From Epiperipatus broadwayi (Eukaryota > Animalia > Onychophora): a DNA stretch of 64,000 bases. Location: the NCBI GenBank assembly GCA_028023455.1, contig JAQFVV010000010.1, positions 13,640,001 through 13,704,000 of the forward strand, given 5' to 3'. Position numbers and translations under genes: made by a program. Positions 55,574-64,000 of this stretch are shown piece by piece. Below the pieces are notes generated by a model that saw only the letters and a list, made by a program, of their open reading frames with translations, had not been told where the DNA came from and did no database searches. Positions within the stretch are counted from its first letter, which is position 1, and the number at the start of each line of letters is the position of its first letter.

Positions 55574-58189
55574 TATATATCCAAATAAGTTTGTATGTTA
55601 AAAGGGTTTTTATTAGAAGGATACATAAATGATAATGAGATACTATCTATTATCATTTCCAGTGTTTTGAATTTATTTTGTCTGTGTAATTGTGAAACAT
55701 TTTGTTTTTACTGATAATCATCATACTTACATTATTTAGCTTAACATTGTTGTATTAGTTATGCATGTAGTAATGCAAATATGTCACACAGTGGTTAATT
55801 TGGCATGTTAAAAGTTTTCAGATAACATGGGATCAAGTGAAATGAGGGGAGCATATGAACAAAATTTTGTGACGATATTCACAATTTCACGTATTGTCAG
55901 TGCATGTAATAATGTTATTTTTGCCTATTCTAGAGATTTTAATAAACACTAAAATATTTTCTAAATTAAAGATAATAAAATTTTAATAAGTTTTACAAGC
56001 TAAGTTAAACTGTCTGATTTAAATATATTATCTGTAGAAAAGATGAATTGTTGAATCTCTTGTAGAAAATACTATATTTATTTGGTAATATAATCGAACT
56101 TAAATATAAAATTTTGTTTTAATAAATTTTGCCATTTTTTAAGTCAAGATATTATATGGAGCGGTGAAAAAATTTCTGATAAGAATACCAAAAAGCTAAT
56201 TGCATCCCTTGTGTCAGCAATAATAAAACTTTTGTTAAACTATGAATTGAAATTCAAGAATTACATTGGAATGCGCAATTCATCTATAAGTTACTGTAAA
56301 ATACATTTTGGCTATCACATTTTTGTATTTTGAATTGATTTTAAATGCTTTTATTTAAGTTAAAACCTTCATTTATTGGATAAAATTTTAAAATTGAAAT
56401 TTAATATAACTATTTATCCAATAGAATTTATTCAAATTTGTGCATTTGTTATAAATTATTGGCAATACAATATGACATTAAAATATATTAGATAGGTTCT
56501 CTATTTTCTTTACTCCAGATGGGTTGAAAGATCAAATTTCAATGACTGTTATATCAAATTTCAAATTCATTGATATTATTTCAATAAATTTCAGTAATGC
56601 GCACAGGAGGATGATATATATATATATTGAAGCAGTCAATGTAAAATCACATCGAGCTTCATGCTTCACCATTCATAGTAACTTTCTGCAGGGCCCACAA
56701 TTCAGACCTCACTATGTATATATGCCATTTCACCCACACACTATGTAGAATAATCAAAGAAATCCATAAAAATAAAAATATTTAGTAAAATAAAACAGTA
56801 ATGTTCGTGGTATGGATATATAAAAAAGCAATAATCTTAGTAATATTATTGCTGAAAATTATACATTTTCATTATATAGTTTTAATTATATATTTTATAT
56901 ATATATATATACTTTAATTGAATTTTGGAATTTAAAAAAAGAAAAATGGGGAAGACTCTAAATACTTTTGAAATCGTTGCTAAGCTGAAATGATCTTTAT
57001 CTTTATTCAGATTATTTTCGCTAATTAAAAGTATAAAAATTTAATTAAAATTATGACGAATCCTTTTGTTAATTCTTTTAGTAAATCTGTACAAAAATTA
57101 AAATATCTAAAACGGTATTTCAAGGCTTATCTGTTAAAACATTTTTAAAATTAAAATCAAGAGATTACAGGGATATCTGCAGACAAGTGAAACCGCATTC
57201 TTGGGGGGGGGGGGTAAAAAGGTTATAAAACAGACTACAAAACAAAAGAGTATTCAGTCAGTCAGTCATTTATAAAAGTCAATAAATTCTTTCAGAACAT
57301 TTCAGTCAATAATTTTTCAGAGAAATTGAGTTATAATTCAACTTTAAAAAGTCAGCACAAGTTTCGCGACATGAACTTTGAGTAGAGGGAAGCAAGCACT
57401 TTCCTCCGTACCTCTTGGAGACTGTCTACCCCAGGACCAAGCATACTAGATAACCACCTGAATGCCATCCCTGACTGCTGCCTGCCATGTACCTGCCTGA
57501 AAATCTGAAAGCACTAGAAGTAGATATATCTGTGTACGTTCACAATAGATCCTGAGGTAACCTCATTCCATGTAGAGCTGCCTTTAATATAAATTCCTTA
57601 GGTAATTTGTATATCTAAGATATAATGAAAATCGTATGTTTCATTCGTATAATAGTTTATATGTTTTTGTTAATTTTGCTTTTAAACTCTCTCTGTAATC
57701 CTCTACTACTATAATGTAAGCTTAACTTACCTTTTCACACTTAATTCTTATGCAGCTCCATTAAATATTTTAGCTTATTTTGTTCTTATGTATGTACATA
57801 AGTTATTCTCCTTAATATGCCAATACCACCCAACCTGACAAGTTTGAAAGGAGGTTTGTTTGTTTTTTATTTGATTTAATTGGGAAAGAAGTGGAACTTC
57901 ATCTAGAATTTATTAATAAAGTTTTGCTCATTTTCAATAGAAATCGCTCTCGAGTTTAGTTTTATTTTAAATTCTTTATTCTTGAATTTTATTTAAAATC
58001 TGTCATTGTGGATAAGTGCTGATTAATTTATTGCTTTGAATTTATTTTCATTTAAAGATCGTTAACTTGTATATTATGACCATCCCTTCTTGCCATTGCC
58101 TGGAGGGTTAATTACATTAATTAAGATATATATAGGAATCGAAGTTAAATACAATTTTATTAGTTTATCATATTATTCATTATAACTTG

Positions 58190-60110
58190 CTAAATTCTAT
58201 ACTGCCTTATGAAAAAATTTAAAATTGAATAATTAAAATCTTGCCTCTTATCTAAATAATATCTATTCCTTTTATATTCATAAATAACTTCTAGGAAAAA
58301 CATTTTAATTCCCTATACATTTTTAAGAAATTAAATCTGCCATCTTAATGATTTTATCCTATCGCTCAATCTCAATAACTTTTTAATTTTCTTAATATCA
58401 TTCAATGAAAAATTATTAAAAACTAAGCTCATAAAAAAGAACAATTACAAATAACAAATACACATCTAAATTAACCCAAAAAAAACACACTAAAACATAC
58501 ACAATTTTTTTAAAAAAAAAAAAATTATTATATAACACAACCTTCTAATCAATAAATATTACAAATCAAATTAAACATATATATAAATAAACACAAACAT
58601 ATACCTTTCCAACAACATTTATGCTATAAACCCAACATATATAAATAAATACAAATATATATAAAAATAAAGCAAAAACCTTTACACTACATCAGCAACA
58701 CTACTTAAATGCAAAGAATCTCATCAAAATGTAAACATTAAAAGTATAAAGCTAAACTAGTCAAATAATCAAAATTCTGCCAAATTTACAATTCAACCAG
58801 ACTAGCCAAAAGTATTTTATTTATTAGTAATAATATTTGTAATGTCTGTAAAGAATAAAGAAAAATATGTTTATTTCTTTGCCATTTAAATTGTCTTCTT
58901 ATAGAATTGAATATAAAAATAGTAATTTGTTTGAAAATATGAAAATTGCTTGGAAAAGGGGTATTACTTTGAATAATTTATTAAATAATACAAAGGAAAT
59001 TTTGGAAAGACTATTCCTGGACTAGTGTATATTATCCCTTGGTTGTGTAAGAACATATATATAAGTCAAAGTAGTTTGAGCTTAAATGAAAAAATAATGG
59101 TAATTAAAAGTAGGGTTAGAAATAAATATTTTAGTTCTGTTTTATATATCCATGAAAAAGATATAGGCCACACTATTAATTTTGATAAAGCTAAGGTTGT
59201 CTTCTTTGAAAGAAATAAAAAAAATTAAAGAATATTATTAAAAATTTATGATTCTGAAGCAATTAACTTATTTAAAAATTGTTTTAATATTAAAAATATA
59301 TGGGAGGAAGTGGAATTGTGGGTAATGTTTACTTTAAATATGTTATTCTGTAATTCTGTATTCTTGAGAAGTCTGTAGCAGTGAAACCATTGGTTATGCT
59401 TTAGAATTTATTTTTTGACTAGTCTGGTTGAGTTGTGTATTTGGAGTACTTTTTATTATTTATTGTCCACTTTAACTATATACTTTTATTGTTTACATTT
59501 TGATAACATTCTTTGCATTTAAGGTAGTGTTACTGATATAGCGTTTTTGTTTTAATTTTATATGTTTGTATTTATTTATATATGTTGATTTTGTTGCATA
59601 AGTATTGTTGGAAGGAATGTTTGTGTTCATTTATTTATGTATAGGCTAATTTGGTTTGCAATATCTGTTGGTTAGAAGGTGTTATACAATAAAATTTTAA
59701 AAAAATTAAATAGAAAAGAAAAAATTGTGTGTGTTTTGGAGTTTTTTGTTGTTAATTTAGATATATATTTATTTGTAGGGTTTGTGGGTTTTTTAATAAT
59801 TTTTCATTGAATGATATTAGGAGGATTAAAAAGTTATCTAGCTTGCATAATAAGATAGAATTGTCGAGATGGCAGGTTTATTTTCTTAAAAAATATAGGG
59901 AATTTAATGTTTTTCCTAGTTGTATTATTAATTTTAAGAAGAATAGAAAGTTGTTTAAGAATCAAAATTTAGTTTTGAATTTTTGAAAAAAATTTTTATT
60001 AAGTTTTACAAATTTATTTATAAATATAAAACGAATAGGTGTTGTTTAGATAAGAGGCAAGATTTTAATTATGCAATTTTGATTTTTTTTCATAAGGCAA
60101 TTTAGAATAA
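58190..60110. repeat. Long imperfect inverted repeat (arms about 58190-58812 and 59413-60110): inverted Penelope pLTR
   Basis: The arms are reverse-complementary over about 620-700 bp, and the spacer encodes a PLE C-terminus. Confidence 0.8.
58813..59410 (+). mobile_element. Penelope-like element 3' end (GIY-YIG C-terminus)
   Basis: SVLYIHEKDIGHTINFDKAKVVFFE; 58855-59025 is duplicated at 63840-64000. Confidence 0.75.
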
Positions 60111-60228
60111 ATAGGTCAAATTTCTATTTAGGAAGTGTGAAAGAAAGTTACAATGGTTGTTTAAAAAAAGAAATAATGTTTATTGCAGTGATAGAGTATT
60201 TGAGAGTAATGTTTCTATTAAGAATATT

Positions 60229-60740
60229 AACTGAAACACAGGCTTGTTATATACTTGTGGCTATATATATGTAATATAGGGTATATGAGCACAGACTTTC
60301 ACACCACCCACCTCTCTCCACTCTATCTAATAACACTGATACACCTAAACACATATATGCTGAAAGAAAAATAATCACCAATATACATATTTCATGCTAA
60401 ACCAGCAATCATCAGTTGGTCCAGACTATCATCTTTACACACATATATTGTATAAGTACTCAGATATATATATATTAAGATAGACTATCCTCATAGTTTA
60501 ATGGACAGGTTTCAATCCACTCCTCACTCCAACTCTTCAACCGTCCATCCAATTGAAAATCTGATGATGGAATGCTCAAAGGCCACCCTGAGGCCGAGAT
60601 TATTGTCACACCCATGTTGACCTAAGGTCAATCTGAACCCCACATGTACAGGACATAAGCCATTTAATACATATGCAAGGATGGGCAGACATCTCTGTAA
60701 TGTAATAACTGAAACACAGGCTTGTTATATACCTGTGGCT
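60229..60740 (-). mobile_element. Family H element: one 478-bp unit plus a 34-bp terminal redundancy
   Basis: 34-bp direct repeats with 1 mismatch at 60229-62 and 60707-40; TSD aatatt at 60223-28 and 60741-46. Confidence 0.85.
60377..60420 (-). ncRNA. Minimal type-I hammerhead motif (family H, best-preserved copy)
   Basis: Minus strand reads accaa CTGATGA t tgct ggttt agca t GAAA tatgta TA ttggt; stem I 5 bp, stem II 4 bp. Confidence 0.7.
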
Positions 60741-62146
60741 AATATTGTTAATCTTTTTGATATTTAATTAAATGATAGAGAATTAGAACTTTTTGATAAA
60801 GGTCCCAATTTTGTTGCTTTTCATTCAAAAAATATAGCTTTTGATACAATTTTGTCTATTGAATCTAATAATTTGAGTCATGAGTAGAAAGTCGGCATTC
60901 ATTTGGTTTCAAATAAAAGCTTAAAAAGAAAAGAAAAATTTATTGTTAATCCTGCTGAGGTTAGACATCTTAAGGATAGGTTAGTTGCTAATGATGCGAT
61001 CATTTCTCATGAAGATAAAACTGGCTCATTTTGAAAGGAAATGAGTTTAGGGAGAAAATAGATAAAGAATTAAATAATGGTAAAGATATGTTTTTAGAAA
61101 AAAATATTGGTAATGTGATTAAAAGAAGGTTAATAGATATTATAAAAAATGGTAAATTTAAAATTTTTTAATAGAGATTATTTAAAAGTTTATCCTAATG
61201 ACTTCATATCAGCTAAGATGTTTATGACTATTAAGTCTCATAAAGATGGTTTTCCTTTGAGACTTATTTTTGATTTTACAGGTGTGTTGTGGAAGGTATT
61301 TCTAAGTTATTGATTAATTTTTTAAAACAATTTGCTGATTTTGGTCATTACACAGTTTTTTCTTCTTTTGAGACTTTTGATAAGATTAATCATTTTAAAA
61401 TGAAAAATAATTGGGTATTTGCTAGTTTGGATATTGAGAATATGTATCAATCTGTTAATAGATTAAGCAGTGTTGGTGTTCTTATGTCTGTCTTGATTAA
61501 ACATGGATCTTTGTCAAAGAATAAGATTCAAGTTATTAAAGATTTGCTATTATTATTGGAGGATTCTATATATTTAACTTATAATGGTAATTTTTATAAG
61601 ATTAAGGAAGGGTGGATAATAGGTTATATTATTTCTCCTTTAATTTGTTCAGTTTATATTAATTATTTGGAAGAGATTATTATTAAGAATTGTTTATATT
61701 TAAAGCTATTTGTTAGATATATGGAGGATTGTTTGTAGTTTAAAATGATAAATTGAAAGAGTTGGTAAATGAGTTTAATTGTTTTGATCCTTCCATAAAA
61801 TATGTTGTGTAAGAAGAGGGGTTAGATTTTGTTAACTTAAATTTTTTAGATCTATTGGTGATTAGAAATGTAAATAATACTTGTTTGGTATGTAATCATT
61901 ACATAAAGAGTTAAGGTCTATAATTAAATGTGATAGCTATCAATCTATATACCTCATAAAGTAGCTGCTTTAAGAAATTATTGTTATAGAAATAAGAGAT
62001 TAAATAATTCTAAAAAGATAGCTTTGTTTCAAAAAGATCAATTTTATAAAGATTATTGAGTGTTAGCTACTCTGATAAATTTTTTAAAGTATTTCATTTA
62101 ATAGTAATATTTGTAATGATGTAAAGGATAAAAAATTCACCAAAAT

Positions 62147-63837
62147 GGTTCTTACATATTAGTCCTGCAATGTAGAGGGGATGGTATGCTTTTTTACATC
62201 CATGATAAATGGGTAATGTTGTGATTACATCAAATAAATCTTGCGATCTTGACCAATAATGTGTTTTTTATGTGATAATTTTATACTCTCAGTTATTTTC
62301 CAGATTTCATTCTGATAAGATCTTTAGTGCTGTCAATTGCATTTTTAAACTATTTTTACACCATATGTATTCGTAGTTTTGATTTAATGATTTCTATTTC
62401 ATTTGTATTCATAGTTTTAAGTGAGTACATGTACTTTGCATTTTGATTTCATTTTCCCAATTTCTGATTAATAGTACATTTCTTTTTCTAAAAAATACAT
62501 ATAAGGATTTAACCTTAATACTATATGCCTTGAGTGCTTAATTTCACCATGAGAGGAACCTCTACAAATCTTAACACAAGATTACGACTTTATAAAGATA
62601 AGAGCAGCACCTTATCTTCAACCTACTTTCTAATTATATAGGCAAATCTAAAGAATTTTGATTTGAGAGTGTAAGTTAGGAAGTTCTTCACTAATTAAGT
62701 CCACTACCTCATTTAGAAATTAACATTCGCAAAATATATCGATTTACAGTGAGTTAATATTTAGTTCTTATAATTAGAAATATTTCGAATCAATTTAAAG
62801 TTGTAAACATTAATTCTTATTACGTGAATGATCAGCACATAAATACATACAGCGATTTAACGTTAATAAAAAAACAGTACAAAATGAGGACAATTTGGAA
62901 TGTACCCGCTACTGAAATGAATACTGTTTTACATTTTCAAAAAATATATAAAATTGGAGGCCCTAACAAAATTGTCAAAATTGATGAGAACCTTTTCACA
63001 AAAAGGAAAAATCAAGCTGGCTGAATTGTTACTGAACAGTGTATGTTTGGTGGCTTATGCTGGGAGACTGACAAGTGTTTTATCATAATAATTAATGATA
63101 GAACAGCAGCAACTCTCATTGAAGCTGTCAAACAAAATGTGAAGAGCAGTCAATGATTTATTCCAACTGTTGGAAGGCCTATAAAAGTGCTGAATTACAA
63201 AATGCTGGTTGTGATCAATTTCATGCAAACTACAAATACAATCACGTATTAAGTAAGTGTGCATTTTGGAAAAATTTTAGTCTCCATTTTGGGGGGGGGG
63301 GTGGAGAATTACCAACTTAAAATAAAATAGATAAATTGATTGTTTCATTGTGTCAATTCCTGTTATACATTACATGGTAAGTACCTTTATGTGTACATTT
63401 TAGGGTTTTTTGTAATATTTTATAGTATTTTGTAATTTAGTGATTGTTTTGTCCATATTTAGAGTGACATTTGGGAATTGCATAATGATATGATATTTTA
63501 TATTTTTTATGTCAAATCAATATATTGTTGAAAATTCGTATTTTAGTATTATTAGAAATTAATATTCTATTGCATATTTTATATTCTTTGTGTGAAACTC
63601 ATAGTTTTAGTATTGTTACAAATTAATATTTCTAGTATTCAGACCACCGGTAACTTTGTAAATCTTGCAAAAAAAATATCATGTACATGTGATCATTTTG
63701 ATGAATTTATCATTTTATCTTCATACAAGATTCAAGTGCATACATTATTTGGTCAGATCTCAGATTAGAAAATTATCAGCAGATTGATACGAATGTGAAA
63801 AGGTGTTTATGTGTTGCAACACTAATACGTAAGTACC
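62147..63837 (+). mobile_element. Merlin (IS1016/IS1595-like) DNA transposon with decayed transposase
   Basis: TIRs ggttcttacatattagtcctgcaa / ggtacttacgtattagtgttgcaa. Transposase remnant IGGPNKIVKIDENLFTKRKNQAG*...MFGGLCWETDKCF...NDRTAATL at about 62950-63130. Confidence 0.85.
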
Positions 63838-64000
63838 AATTTTATTTCTTTGCCATTTAAATTATCTTCATATAGAATGGTATGTGAAATAGTAATTTGT
63901 AAATAAGAAAATTGCTTGGAAAAGGGGTATTACTTTGAATAATTTGTTAAATACTACAAAGGAAATTTATGATAGAAAGACAATTCCTGCAGTATTGTAT

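Larger units (their letters stand above)
60110..64000 (+). mobile_element. Penelope-like element ORF (degenerate RT), interrupted twice and running off the window
   Basis: DKGPNF, KSHKDGFPLRLI, ASLDIENMY, YNGNFYKIKEG..IG..ISP, VRYMEDC and LNFLDL. Confidence 0.85.

Noticed and set aside
59360-59395. ttgagaa-gtctgtagcagt-gaaa as a fifth hammerhead
   Set aside because: Its position at the end of a PLE ORF fits, but stem I is not evident, so it is kept only as a weak mention.
60495-60550. Second same-strand hammerhead-like core in family H (ttgaaga...gaaa; ctggaga...gaag at 25520)
   Set aside because: The atggac/gtccat pairing leaves two extra bases before the core and no stem III, so the register is non-canonical.
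60555-60610. Opposite-polarity hammerhead in family H (ctgatga...ggccgaga), which would suggest viroid-like symmetric replication
   Set aside because: GAAA is absent in both copies (gaga here, no match at 25450-25500) and stems I and III cannot be drawn. Worth rechecking on a consensus.

Overview
Very AT-rich, intron-rich animal genomic DNA; the invertebrate lineage cannot be determined from sequence alone. One host gene is supported: the 3' half of NVL (nuclear VCP-like AAA+ ATPase, Rix7/NVL2 family) on the + strand. It has 12 GT-AG coding exons from 9878 to a stop at 36858-36860 (about 422 aa: end of D1, linker and the whole D2 ATPase); the 5' exons lie upstream of the window. The rest is largely decayed transposable elements: RTE and APE-RT LINEs, hAT, mariner, Merlin, a gypsy integrase remnant, probable solo LTRs, and many Penelope-like elements (PLE). 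The most striking signal is a cluster of minimal type-I hammerhead ribozyme motifs. Two non-coding families with ~450-480-nt units (called A and H here) each carry a hammerhead with a palindromic stem III. They occur as greater-than-unit-length copies and repeatedly inserted with a 5' inversion plus an 8-15-bp target-site duplication, which fits retrozyme-like, PLE-mobilised elements with a possible circular-RNA stage. Most hammerhead copies are visibly decayed, so activity is unproven. All alignments and folds were done by eye.
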